From Podarcis bocagei (Eukaryota), in the NCBI GenBank assembly GCA_964188305.1, contig OZ076890.1: a stretch of DNA of 64,000 nt; one strand, given 5' to 3'. Both the position numbers and the translations under genes were made by a program. Positions 46,257 to 59,468 of this stretch are shown here, piece by piece. The notes beneath the pieces are model-generated. The model was given only the letters and a program-made list of their open reading frames with translations, was not told the DNA's origin and searched no databases. Numbering within the stretch: position 1 is the stretch's first letter; every line of letters begins with the position of its first letter.

Positions 46257-49200
46257 GGAGCCCGGGAGGAGGGAATCTGCTGCAGCTTCCCCCACCTCCC
46301 GCAGAAGCCGTGCGCTCTTTAAAGGGGCTGTGCGACTTCTCCTGGCTTTTCTGGGAGGTGGGGGAATTCCCTCACCTCGGAGAAAAGCCCGCAGGAGCCG
46401 CGCAGCCTTTAAAGAGGGTGCCGCTCTTGGGGGCTTTTCCCCCAGGAGGGAGAAGGGACTGCTGCAGCCAGTCAGTCCCTTCTCCCTCCTGGAGAAAAGC
46501 CCGCAAGAGCGCACGAAGCTTGTGTGCGGCTCTTGAGGGCTTTTCCCGCCTGCCTCCCCCCTGCATTCGCTCCATAGGACGCACACACATTTTCCCTTGC
46601 TTTTTAGGAGGGAAAAAGTGCGTCCTATGGTGCGAAAAATACGGTAAGTCTCACTTTCCCCCCAAATTCTGACTGTGAAAAGTTAAAGTGTGGCTTAAAT
46701 TCACGACCTTACAAAAACTGGCTTTTACAATATTGCTGCTGAAACAGACATACAGTAAAACGGAATGGGTGTGAGTACCTGCAGAATTTTAATGTAGTGG
46801 CTTATTAGGGTATGGTCTTTTTTCCATTTCCCCCTATTGAATTTTAAAGGTGCGGCTTATATTAGGGTGTGGCTTATATTTGGGCCAATACGGTATATTC
46901 TTGATTGGCAGAAGTTCAGACAGGAGTCTTTCCAAGACCCACCTAGAATGCCAATGTTTGAACCTGCGATCTTCTCCATGCAAAACAAAACAAAACAAAG
47001 GTTTCTACCACTGATTCCATCTGAATTATATACATAGCAGATATTTGAGTGGTAATTTTGATACAAACACATAGTGAGTTCTTAAATCAACAACTTTCAG
47101 TTCATATATTAACAGATATGCAATGGTTGCTTAAAGATCTTAAGCAGAGTATTGTGAATTTAGACAGCTTAACTCTGTGGACCCAAGGAGTTTATATGGT
47201 TGACATTCTTTCTCATCTTTCAAAAAATAAGAGCATTCCAAGTAAATATAATAATTTTGTAATTTTACTTTTCAAGAGCACATTTTGCCCTAGTACAAAG
47301 AAGCTTGAGACACTGTGCACTTGAGAGCAATCAATTTATTTTTCAATATGTGCCACTGAAAAAGGCCACAAGAGTGTTTATTTGCAAAAGGCCATTTACT
47401 CATTTTTTTGGTCTTTCATCTTGTTGTTTGAGAATGTTTTTTGCATTGCATCTTTTTGTTTGAGAAGCAATTTTATCTCTTTGTTTGACAATCAGAGGTG
47501 CCTATTTTAATTAAGCAGTCAAGCTGCATTTGCTTATGTTTTTACATATTTATTCTACTTTATCATGTCTAGAACTCATAGCACTGTTAATCCTTGTGTA
47601 TAATTACATAATGTGTAAAATTTACAGTTTACCTGGTGATTCTGACTTTTTATCGTTTCTGTTGTTTTAAAGGTCATTAATCATAGTTTCTTGCTTTGGA
47701 CAAAATGGGAAAATATAATCAATTGAAGAATTCCTGGTTCATTTGCTCCATGAAGGAGATGCGCTGAAGCTCACAAAACCTGTTTATATATTGATTTATT
47801 AAACTGAGACATGGTCATCTAAACCAGTCCAAATCATAAGCAATGGTCAGTATCCAATATCCTTCCTCCATTAGTGCAATAATTAATGCTTGCAGAATGG
47901 AACTCCCTCCCTCCCTTTCTCCATACCCCATTCCCTCTCTAAATCTGCTCCAGAGGTCTGAGGGAACCATCAGAACAGATTTAGGGGCTGTGTGGAGAGA
48001 GGAGATGGGGGAAATTTTCATTATGCAACCAGAAATTCTTACACTAACAGAATGAATGATGTAGCTATTTTGGATACGTGCCAATAATGTTAAACTGTAG
48101 CATATAGAGCAATATTAATGGCCTAGCCGCATTTGAGCCTGCTTGTTATTTTAGCCAATCAAGCTAAGCTACCTAAAGTCCCATTTCACATGAAAATTGG
48201 TTACTTTATAAATGCAATTTTCATACAACAGGTATTATCAATAAGGTATCCAAGGTAATCCTTGAATGTAACACCCGTTAAAGAGCAAAAACTTATGAAG
48301 ATCGCCATTTAATAATTATCACATAACAGCAGGTCTCATTTTGCTTGCAGCTAAGTTATCTCAATTTCTTTTAAGAATTAAAAGAAGCATCTTGAACATA
48401 GTGATTTTGTGGAATTACATTTTCTCAGGAAGGACTCAGTAATATTTTTGGTATGGGGGGTATGGGGGGGGGCAATACACAGAACCAGCATGTTTCTCTG
48501 AGTCGTTAACTTGCTTTTCTCCATAGACTTTAGATTGACATCTATTGGCTTGGCTTGTGACACTACAGCCAAGTTCTTTAAATATCAGTTCCATAGTCGC
48601 TGCTGTGTGAAGTTTCCCCAGGTACACAGTAGTCTACATTTTAAAACAAAATAGTTATGTGTAGCTGTTCAGACACAGCTTTTGCCTAGGAATAAAGGTA
48701 ACCATTCTCACTTATGAAATGTTGGAGCAAAGATTATTTAAAGTATTTGGTTCTTTCAATAATTCTAACGCTAACTCTGTGAGTTTGACTTTTCATAGTG
48801 GTTGCTTCTCATGGTGGTTGCTAATGCTTCTATAGATTGCTGTAAATAATTTAAAACAGAGCTGAAGCTGAGCTAAAATGATCTACGGTACTTTCATTTT
48901 GTTTTTATTGCTATTGTCTAAAAAGCACCTTTTCCTATGTGTTTTCTTCAGGTTCATCAATCATATCCTCTATTTTTGTTCCCAAGCACTACTCTGGGAG
49001 AGCTGTGCCAAAGGGCTAACTGAAAGGATCTAGGAAGCTGTGAAATCTGTTTGAGTCCACCATAACCAAACTGGGGAAATGATTTATTTTTGCGTAACTC
49101 TGTTTAATGAAAGATTCTACCTCGTAGATTTCAGCACAAAAATAAAAATTATGTGTGTGTGCTTTTGTGTACATACACATCTATATCTATGATACAGCTG

Positions 49201-50049
49201 TAGTGGAACTGACTATACAATTTTTTTCTACAACTGTGTAAATACAGTTAGCAGTATGGTAGGATCTTGATTGCTTTCTTTTGCCAGATGTCTTCAGTAT
49301 AGAACTTTATACTACACAAAATTGGTTAAGGATTCTGTAAGTTGGCTTGCTGATCTTGGAAACAGGGCAGGAGCATGGCCTATCTCTGTAGGTGGAGTCA
49401 TAAAACATAGCCTGAATTCAGACTACTTTCCAAACTATGGTTTGATTGATTGTGAAATTAACACTGTGATCTCAGTCACTCCATGTTCTGTTCCACTGAA
49501 TTATTATGGGGTTGTTTTGAGGTTGCCCAATAGGGGTTTTTCATACTTCTGCAAACTTCTGAGTGACCCTGAGTTGGACAATACCTCCCTCTTATTTTCA
49601 CTACATAAGCAGAGGCACTTGGAAAGCTTTGTCAGTATTAGAGCTAGAGCACTCTCAACCCTTACCAGTAATATATGTGCCTTAAAAAGGAGAAAAGCAC
49701 CTCTGTAGTTTGGCGGTACTTCATGTCATTCATGTTGCATTGTGAAGTGCTTCCATTTAGAATTCCATCCACTCTGTTCCATTCACCATCCTTCTCCAGG
49801 TTTGATTCCCTTCCACAAAAGCCAGTCAACATTCTAAGCCCATCGAGTATGCTCAGTTCCATTTGTCCTGTTTTATTTTTGTTTTCTCCATTTTTGTTTT
49901 CGGCCATTTACATTTTGGGGGTTTGTGGAGAACAATGGCAGATGAATGTCAATCCAAGTGGCATTAAATTTCCACTGATATTTATGCGTAGCTCTCTATT
50001 CCATTCCAGGAAACAAAAAAATAGTTTCTTAGAGTAAAGTAGAAAGTGA

Positions 50050-50560
50050 CCTATCCAAATCCTTTTAACTGGATACCCTTTTTCCAAAGGAGGGGCAGAC
50101 AGAGGCTACCACCTCCCCTCCACCAAAGATCTAGGTTTACCCAATGCCTAACAGCCTTACAAAGTTGTGACAATTGCTACAAGGTAGGCGAAAACCAGAT
50201 GGCTGGTGTCAATTTGCTAAATGGGAAAATTCCTGTCCAGCCCTGAATATGGTGGCCGACTTGGTCCTTAGCAAGGTCAAAGTACAAGTAAAAGCAAACA
50301 GAATGAAGGAGGGTGGGCAGGAGATCTGACAAAAAAGGCAGGAAAGACTGCCGGGCAGGCTGCAATTTAATGACCCCTGGGAGTGGGCCCAAGCATCCCC
50401 ATTGGCTGGTTTGGCCTGCTGCCAGGGGAACGCCCATCCAAGGGTGGCCAGCATTGGCCAATAGCCAGCAGCTGGGTGATCTGGCCTACTATCTGTAGGA
50501 TTTCTTATGGGTTCAGGGCCTGGCCGCAACACTGCCCACCAATGAGGATGAACGGACCTC
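50050..50560 (-). mobile_element. Diverged LTR fragment related to 42234-43620
   Basis: Reverse complement of 50075-50245 (CAGGAATTTTCCC..TTCGCCT.CC..GTAGCAA.T.GTCACAACTT.GTAAG...AAGGGTAT..GTTAAA.GGA) is collinear with 42680-42839 plus 43072-43090; outer boundaries approximate. Confidence 0.65.
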
Positions 50561-51057
50561 CTGACACTTTCTTAAGCTTTTTTTAATCATTTGCTATGAA
50601 AAAAATGAAGGGGTGTTTTATTACCCCAATCCACAAACATTGCCTTGGATAATAAACACACCCCAATAGCAAAAATCATTGCATTTCTGTGGCATTTTAT
50701 ACCAAAGGCAGTGTTCTGTTTCTAGCAGGGAAATTTTAAGTGGTAACTGGCTGAAATTTGGAGATGTTGTACAGGTGACAATATGTGAAAATATTCAACC
50801 AAAAGGACAAGCTTAAAGGTCTGCTTAAGTGTACATTGAACAATGAGAAGTACAGTGCATGAAAGTTAATGAGGAGTTCACATTGCCAATGGACATGCTG
50901 GCAGTGTATATGAAGTCGCTTGAGTTACTTTCCTGATGTTTTGTATATACTTTTCTGAGGTGATGCTTAACTCATGTTGGGAAAAAATAATATGACATAT
51001 GGCTCCCTTGAGATATGAATGAATCTCCCATGTCAAGGACAGGCATTTTGCCTTGCT

Positions 51058-51058
<1 letters not shown>

Positions 51059-51111
<53 letters not shown>

Positions 51112-51692
51112 TTTATTTATATCCCGCCCTCCCCATCCGAAGCCGGGCTCAGGGCGGCTAACAACAATCAAATAATCAGTCAAATAATCACACAATCTAA
51201 AAATATTTCATTATAAAAATTAATTAAATCAAATTGATGGCAACCAATTAAGCAAAATTCTGAGCAGGTTGCCAGAGGAGGGAGTCAGGCTGCGCCCTGA
51301 CCAAAAGCCTGGCGGAACAACTCTGTCTTGCAGGCCCTGCGGAAAGATGTCAGGTCCCGCAGGGCCCTAGTCTCTTGTGACAGAGCATTCCACCAGTTTG
51401 GAGCCGCAGCCGAGAAGGCCCTGGCTCTAGTTGAGGCCAGCCTAACCTCTCTGAGGCCTGGGACCTTGAGGATGTTATTATTTGCAGACCGTAGGTTTCT
51501 CTTTGGGGCATACCAGGAGAGGCGGTCCCGTAGGTACGAGGGTCCTAGGCCGTATAGGGCTTTAAAGGTTAAAACCAGCACCTTAAACCTGATCCTTTAC
51601 TCCACCGGGAGCCAGTGCAGCTGGTATAATACCGGATGAATGTGTTCTCGCAGCGAAGACCCCATAAGGAGTCTCGCCGCGGCATTCTGTAG
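51059..51692 (-). mobile_element. L2 LINE 3' end with (TTA)n tail
   Basis: QNAAARLL..HIHPVLYQLHWLPVE*RIRFKVLVLTFKALYGLGPSYL...RAFSAAAPNWWNAL...CKTELFRQAF; one in-frame stop at 51597-51599; 3' UTR, then (TAA)n at 51059-51109 on the plus strand. Confidence 0.9.
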
Positions 51693-53495
51693 TGAAAAAT
51701 GCGGAAGAAAGAAAAAATCGAGGAGGTGTAGGATTGGCCTTACGTAGTCAGCCCTCCGTGTGAGTCCTTGCAGGAGCATTCCTGCCTTCATGGGTGGCCC
51801 AGCTGGGGCTAAGTGCCCTGATTAGGAGCCACAGGTGGTGGCCGTGGGGATATCCAGACCCCCCGGTTGAGGCAGGGACAAATAGTGCAGAGCAATGTGG
51901 TCAGGGGGAAGAGGATGATGGGCAAAAACTGCTGAGGCTTCCCATGGTTGGATTGGATGTTGTATGTGGGTGAAGGTCTGGTGGGGGTAATTGTTCCTTT
52001 GGGGTTAATTTCCCGGTGTAATAGGGTTTCCATTACTTTGCAAGAAGGTTTACTGTTTGAGGGGGGGTGGTTTTGTTGCTGTTTGAGGTGGTTTTCCTAT
52101 TCTGTTCAAATGCAAATATCTTTTCCCTCATATATTGACTACCAAAGATCCTTTAAAAAAACCTGCAGAGTTAATTGACAAAATACTTGCATCCTTCAAA
52201 AACTACTTTTGTTCCACTTTATTATATTCCATTATTAGTCTCAAATGACTGACATTGTATGGTACAAAAGGAGCAGGGGATTCAGCCCTTCATTAGTCTC
52301 CTTTGTACCCAAGAACCTTATATTCCTGCATCTTGTTAATTACTACTGCACAATGTACTTACAGCCTTCAAAACTGAATAACCTTGAGTTGTAATGTTAG
52401 TAATACGTAAACCTTTCAACATAACGCTGACAACCTGGATTGAGTTCACTAACAGGGTCTATATTTTTGAAGCTGTTCATTTTGACCATCAGTAACTGCA
52501 GCAAATCAACTGTAATCCTCAACACAGTGTGCTAAGACCTTTTGGTGCGATTTATGGCTAAAATTCTTCTTTGGTGGCTAGAAAAATAATTAACTTTCAG
52601 ATGTGTCAGAGCTTCCTAGAGCTGGTGAATAAAGTTCTCTTGTCCTCCTCCCTTTTCTAATTTAAGAGTTGAAAATAACTGTATTGCAAGGTATATTACG
52701 ACAGCTGAATGTCTGAATCTTAAGAGCTCATCATGACAGGCAATAGTTGATAAATGGGATATTTCAGATCCTTAAAGAAACAAGGAATATCACATAAGGA
52801 GGTATGATCTGAATGTGTCCATTAGCTAAGGCTGTTCCAGCCTAACAGCAATTATAAACAGAAACAGAACTTATGCAACGAAGACTGGCTGTCATTGCAT
52901 CTCATGCAACAAAGTAAATAACTCCCAAATCCATAGAAGCAGATGGGATGAATTTGCATCTTGAGTCTCACCTTCCCCCAGCATCACCATAAGCTTGGAA
53001 ATCGATTTTGCCTGAGTCATAAAAAGAACAATATCATTATCTCTATACAAGTAACACAAGACTCTCTAGCACAAGCCGCTATGTGCAAAAATATTTTTTT
53101 TTTTGTTCTTTTAACTAACAAGACATATAAGAATTGAGATTTTTATGGGATGATGAAATCCCCAGTTAGGTTTTTTTTTTTTTTTTTTAAAAAGAAAAAC
53201 CTAAAGGTAGAATAGCAGACTCAAGCTGAATGACTAATGCCGCAAACACATACCCCTGCCATACAAAGATTGCAGAACTGAAGTACAACTCTAATTGGTA
53301 GTTAGTAAGCTGCACAGAATAAAATTTTAAAAGTGCACAAAGTATTACTAGATCCTGAATGACATATGGCATCAAGCCAATGAATTTTGCTTGTTAGTGG
53401 AGGACTATTTCATCAGTTTGAAAATCAACTCAAAATTCTGAGGTGAAGAAGGATACTCATTTAAATTGGGAATGAGCTCTATAATACAGGCTTAG

Positions 53496-53761
53496 GTAAA
53501 GGTAAAGGGACCCCTGACCATTAGGTCCAGTCGTGACCGACTCTGGGATTGCGGCGCTCATCTTGCTTTATTGGCCGAGGGAGCTGGCGTACAGCTTCCG
53601 GGTCATGTGGCCAGCATGACTAAGCTGCTTCTGGCAGACCAGAGCAGCACACGGAAACGCCGTTTACCTTCCCGCCAGAGCGGCACCTATTTATCTACTT
53701 GCACTTTGACGTGCTTTCAAACTGCTACGTTGGCAGGAGCAGGGACCGAACAACGGGAGCT
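53496..53761 (-). mobile_element. Sauria-type SINE, 5'-truncated
   Basis: Matches 20330-20596; (ACCTTT)n tail; exact 9-bp TSD CAGGCTTAG at 53487-53495 and 53762-53770. Confidence 0.93.
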
Positions 53762-56279
53762 CAGGCTTAGTTTCTTTCAAAATCCAGGAACTACATATAT
53801 TTTATCATTATCGTTCTTATAAGAGATGCTGGAGAACAAGTAGCTCAGAATAAAAGCTTTGAGACAGTTTCTGTATTCAGTATATGCACCAACATAACGC
53901 AAGCTCTGTTGCATCCACAAAGCAAGGTTTTCATTTTCATTTAACCACAGTTCAGCATTACCTCTAAACCCTAAACTGTGAGTAATGCTATCTGTGGATT
54001 ATTGAGATAAGCATCTTTGTAAACTACCCTCTCTCTGAAGCTGGTTTGTTTTGGGAAACCAAAGTTAAGACCAAACACAGTTTGCCCAAGTTCGGTCATA
54101 ATACTAAACTGAGTTTAGTTAAATGTGAAAGCAAACATTTCCTCTCTCAAGTCTGCACCAGAAAATTGGGGGGCAGGGGAATTGACACACTCAGAGCTCA
54201 TTCACATAACAAGTGAAGTCACATTTACTGATTGTCCAAAACTGTAATCCTGCACACAAGCTTCTCAACTTGCCCAACTATGTGCAATGTGAGTAAAGTG
54301 GGAAAACCAGTTAATACTCTTAATAATAGAAGGGATGTTATCTAATAATTTTTGGAAAAAGAAAACCAGCATATACACACAGGTTCCACTTTCAAAACAG
54401 AATGCATTCCTAGGAAATTGTTCAATAGATGAGCTGACGATTTCCATTGTCTCCAATGGAAACATTTCTAATCCATGATTTGTTCAATCTCCCTCCCTCC
54501 CTGGTTTCTGCCTGAAACTGCTGCAGCCAACCAGTAAAACACAAACAAGAAAGTGGGCAAACTCTGGCTGTTCAGCTATCTGAATCAGTTGGATAGCTGA
54601 AATATCAGATGAGTGTTCTGATAGTGGAAGCCATGTGTAGAAGTGCAGAGGGAAACTGTTTCGTGATATTGGGTTTTATCCAATGGTGTTTGTCTTAGCA
54701 GAAAATCCTTCTACTTGCATAAGTTGGGGCACATTCTTCTTCTTTTTTGCCAGTTCCCCCCATACTTGCTGCAACCTTCTGCGCCACATGCCATTGTGTT
54801 CTGGAGGGAATGAGAGCCTTAAATGGATTGGGGTTAGTAGGAAGGGGAGTTGAGATTTAGTAGAAATTGGGTAGTCCAACTCGTTTGTACAGAAGCATTT
54901 CCTGTTAAAGCAAATGCATACTTGAAAACGACCCAACATTTATTTATTTTCTGCCCACAATATACAGTATTGATATTGTACAGTATTGATATCATTAAAT
55001 ATGTGTCAAGTTTTAAATAGTATATATCCTCTCCATCAATTCAAAGAGATAAGATATAATTAGAACTCAAGTATGTAGTTTCTAAGGACAACAGACTAAA
55101 AATTTACTTACAAGTGTTAAAACACAGATAAGAAAGCAGCAATAAGCAAAAAGATTAGATGTACATTTGAAGGAAATTCCACATAATATTATTGATATGT
55201 CAATCAATTTTATAAATATCATATTAGAAACAAGGATGAAATGTTTGTTTAGAGAACCATTGCTGCTAATTGTCCTATGTGAGACATTCAAGCAGAAACA
55301 AAGATGAAATCAAAACAATGCATGTAATATAAAAAGACAACATTTGGCACCAGTAAATTCAGTGTAAAACGTTTCCCACATCATCAGTCATGCAAAATTA
55401 AATCTCTGTAATAATTTTTTTTTCATAGAATATGCTTCAGTTACTAGCAGAATTGTTATCTCTCTTCTAAACTGTATTCATTTTAATCATCTTTGCTTAT
55501 CACTTTTATTTTAAGAATAATTTCCTGATAACTAAAGTGCCTGAAATTCAGATTTCAACACCTTTTCTCATTTATACTATCTCTATCATTATATAAGGTG
55601 CCAAATACTTTGAAATCATGGAGTCTATATTCCATCACTTGCTTTATGAAATAAACCAAGATGCCAAACCCTCCCTTTGAAGGTACAGAAAATGAAGCCA
55701 GAACAGATATTGAATGGGTCTGCAGGACATGCTCTGCTGCTCACTAGTCACCAGGCCAATGTGAATGCCTATAAGACAATGGCTAGGTACAGAGGCTCTT
55801 AAAATTTTGCACAGATGAGCTAGTGTTGCATTATTTTCTTTACCTCCAACCAGTGTTAGTTCTAGATTTTTTGGGGGGGAGCAGGGCAAGGGGAGGGCTT
55901 CAGCAAGACGTTCTGTGTGGGTCCACCTTCTGCCAATTGCCACCAAATTAAGCTGATTTGCTTGCCCTATTGCTGTGGGCCAAACGCATACCAATATCCA
56001 GAAGGCAAGGAAAGTGAAAGCTGCTGATTCTTCACCTTGCTTTCATCACTCTTTGCATGCTTGGCATGGGCAAGTGAACAGGCAGCCATAGCAAGGATGA
56101 GTACTGACAAGGAGCACATGGGATAAGCAATTAGCCGTCTGCTGGTATGTGGGCCTCAGCCGGTGTCGGAGAAAGTAAGGCCATAACCATAGTAAGGTCA
56201 TGACCTGTCTGATCTCCCCCTGGCATGTTCCTGTCAAGTTTCTATCTTTACCTGCCTTTTAACCAATGCTGTGGCTATT

Positions 56280-56570
56280 ACTGTCATTTGACTGGACAGA
56301 TAGTGGGCCATCCACATCCAATATTGATGATGGCATAATTTGAGTGTATCCTTTGTTGTCCCAACAATGTGATTTGGTAGTCCCTCGGGGTCCCTTCTTC
56401 CTTCTCCAGGACACATTGAAGTAAGTTGAAACGTACCCAGTCACACTACTCTTTGAATTCTGGGGTCTGTATATTGCATTCAATATATTGTGGCCAGTTT
56501 TTCCTGCCAACAGCTTCACTCCCTAACCATTTGGAATGTTTGTGACCACTGAACACGCCATCAAACCAGC
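56280..56570 (-). mobile_element. Possible ancient RTE-clade LINE C-terminal remnant
   Basis: Frame-shifted resemblance to the RTE GHIxRM..R.P...W.P.G.R.RGRP motif; heavily degraded. Confidence 0.25.
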
Positions 56571-57869
56571 TCAGTCAATCTTCTGTCAAGAGGCTTTACT
56601 AAAAGCACTAAAACAGTTGGGGGAAAATGACTTGCAATTAAAAATTCCTGAAAAATGAATCATAACAGACATCTTTCTCTACCAATGTGGTTACATAATG
56701 GGGGTGCCACAGCCGATTAGGCCCTCTTTAATGCCAATGCATAATTACTACACTGTGGCTTACCACTAGCCAGTTACACTGCTTAGCATCTGATGAACAT
56801 GCTAATTTTATAACCAATTATACATTGCCTAAAAACATTAGTTCAGAAGAACTCTCACAAGCAATGCATCACCACCAGGCTCTCTGTTTATTGTTCCACT
56901 GTATACATGGCAACAATTCTATGAATACTTAGGTTTGATGATATTATACAACAACATCTTAATTTCTGATATGAAGCAGCAGGGTACTTGTAGGCTGCAA
57001 GTGCAATTTTCAAAAAAGAAGCCTAATGTGCATTTATCTGCAACCTTTTCTTTGGCAAAAAGTAAAATAAAATTGCACAATCTCGCTTTAGCTAATATGG
57101 CGACTGGTATCTTGTGGTTGGCATCTTAATGAAGAGTGCTTTAGGCCCTTCGCTGGAATTCTTTTGCAGTCAATCTCTCTTCCCCTGAAGACTCAGCAAG
57201 GCATTTTGAGGGAGCTAGACTGGAAGATATTGCCACTATCCAGAGAGATACACTTTATCATTGGAATAAGTGAGTGAGCAATCTGAAAGGTTACAGCTGC
57301 CACTCTGAAATTACTTTATGATAGGAAATCCCACAAAGTCTGCCAGGCTACTTCTGAATAAGAGGTTTCAGGATTATAGCCTATTATGTTTTCCTGCTTA
57401 CTCAAAAATGATTCTCTTCTCAGTTACTTCACTTCTGTGCCATATGTCAAGGTCAATAGAGTCATATAAACCCATGTCAAATTGTGAAACTAGGATCAAT
57501 GGCCCTCATAATGGTAAAAGATCTCTTAGGATATTATAGAGTAATACAGACAATAACCCCAAACCAATAAATCTGACAGCTGTATACTATGATTTTGATC
57601 AAAATTAAGTTGGAGCTTTTTATTAAGATACTGGCAGTTTGAGGCAGGAAGGGAAAGTAAGAGGCAGAACCATCTATGGGTGAAACAATTCTTCTGACTT
57701 GACATTAATGCACTTCAAACTAAGGATAAAACACACACACATGCACACAATAATTCAAATAAGACCTTCTATATTTCTGTTATAAAGTGGTACTGGGGAC
57801 AAATGGCTTTGCCCCTGAACTACCAGAAAGGGATCTTTTGAACCAGGTAGAGATGGGTAAAAAATTAAA

Positions 57870-58120
57870 ACTTTACGCTTTTCCAAATTTATGTGATGCA
57901 GTTCTCCAACCAAGCCATGTGCACAAAAATTCTGCATAAAATGCATATATTAGTTTAAAAATCATGCAAAAATGCAATATATGAGGTGAAATTGTTTTAA
58001 AAATGTATATGTTATGGGAAATGTGCACAAAAATCCTGCATTTCAAACTGATGCAGAAATGTAGAGAACTGGATTTAAGATCGGGAATTGGAAATGAGAA
58101 ATTGAAGTTTGTCTATCCTG
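57870..58120. mobile_element. Old interspersed repeat, same family as 13175-13537 (inverted)
   Basis: Shared blocks in reverse complement; boundaries approximate. Confidence 0.45.
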
Positions 58121-59226
58121 CATTCATGGAAGCTCCCAGAAGTGACCCAGCCTGTTTGCTGAGTAAACACTGGAAGGTGGAAAACAGCAGTCTCTGACAA
58201 CTTGAGCTATTCCCACAACTGCTACCCAAACACCCAGGGGCATGGCAATAGCACCAGACCCTGGTGTGGATTGTCCCACGTTTGAATGAGAGAGCAAAAA
58301 GCCTAATTCCACTTATTCCTCAAATAGGGATCATGCCTGACACCCCAGCACCACAGTGGGCCGCAGTCAAACTACTGTAATATGCAGTTTATTCTGCAAC
58401 CTGGAACCAATGCCTGAAAGTCAAGTATCATTCCCCAAGTCTGACAGATGGATGACATTGGACCTGTGGAACACATCCCACTTGGCCATCTGGCGAAGGT
58501 GGTAAAGCCAAACATCGCTTTGTAAATGCATAGTTGCTGCAAGGTCTTACTTCCAGATGCAGCCAGATGGCTGTCTAAGTATCTGGCCTAATTGTCTCGA
58601 GACACGATAGTCAGCTCCTTTGACTCTTTTCTCCTTGCCTCCCCCTTCATCAATTTGTTGCATAATTATTGGGAGACTAATTGCCTACCCTTTTTATTCT
58701 GTGTGTCACCTGATCTATGCCTGCTAATAAACTCATCTGGCTTTGGAACCGAGGCCTTCCTAATCCAATATCGCATCTGGCCCTCAGGTGGTAATATATT
58801 CTATTAGCAATATCATTATACCATGGAGCTTTTGCAGTGTCTTTCATGATGGGCAGCCACCCATCTCAAGTGGACTAAACAGAAAAGATAATTGTTAATA
58901 AAGTGGTTAAAGGGACTGTGGAAGTAGATTTTTCCTATACAAAAAAAATGTTTATTGCTACAGAAGTAATCCGGAAAAAGGAATTAAAGATTTGCCTGGG
59001 TACCAGGTGGATATACGATTTCTTCACTCTTGTGCTCCATTCTACACTGTTTTGGCACCTCCTGCAGTGCGGCAACCAGTACAGCCACACTGGTTGTGCT
59101 ACCCTTAAACCACTCCTGTTGTAGTCCAATAACATCTGGAGGACACCATGTTGTGGAAGCCTGGTCGATGCTAATCAGCATCATCCCTTTGAAATACCAC
59201 AGACTGAACCTGGGACCTTATCAGTA

Positions 59227-59468
59227 CAGTGGTACCTCGGGTTAAGAACTTAATTTGTTCCGGAGGTCCGTTCTTAACCTGAAACTATTCTTAACCTGAG
59301 GTACCACTTTAGCTAATGGGGCATCCAGCTGCCACTGTGCTGCCGGCACGCAATTTCTGTTCTCATCCTGAAGCAAAGTTCTTAACCCGAGGTACTATTT
59401 CTGGGTTAGCGGAGTCTGTAACCTGAAGCATCTGTAACCTGAAGCATCTGTAACCCGAGGCACCACTG
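59227..59468. mobile_element. Tigger/pogo-like MITE, family A, 242 bp
   Basis: TA|CAGTGGTACCTCGGGTTA ... TAACCCGAGGCACCACTG|TA; extra 16-bp subterminal unit TCTGTAACCTGAAGCA. Confidence 0.92.

Larger units (their letters stand above)
44423..46644. mobile_element. Non-autonomous Tc2-like (Tc1/mariner) element with cargo and tandem array, 2222 bp
   Basis: TA|CCGTATTTTTCGCTCTATTGGACGCAC ... GTGCGTCCTATGGTGCGAAAAATACGG|TA; termini shared with 62991-63517. Confidence 0.92.
44404..46893. mobile_element. Older Tc2-like MITE (~270 bp of its own sequence) split by a nested insertion
   Basis: Right end GGCTTATATTTGGGCCAATACGG|TA; removing 44423-46646 restores the left end TA|ATGTATTGGCCTGAATATAAGTC. 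Confidence 0.75.

Noticed and set aside
45061-46536. Series of 100-130-aa ORFs on both strands
   Set aside because: Products of the 157-bp tandem repeat; the period is not a multiple of 3 and there is no recognisable protein.
51285-51791. Functional protein-coding gene
   Set aside because: L2 ORF2 C-terminus only, with an in-frame stop and no RT or endonuclease domain.
52357-52500. Minus-strand exon with strong GTAAGT donor and CAG acceptor
   Set aside because: Stop codons in all three frames; a non-coding exon cannot be supported from sequence alone.
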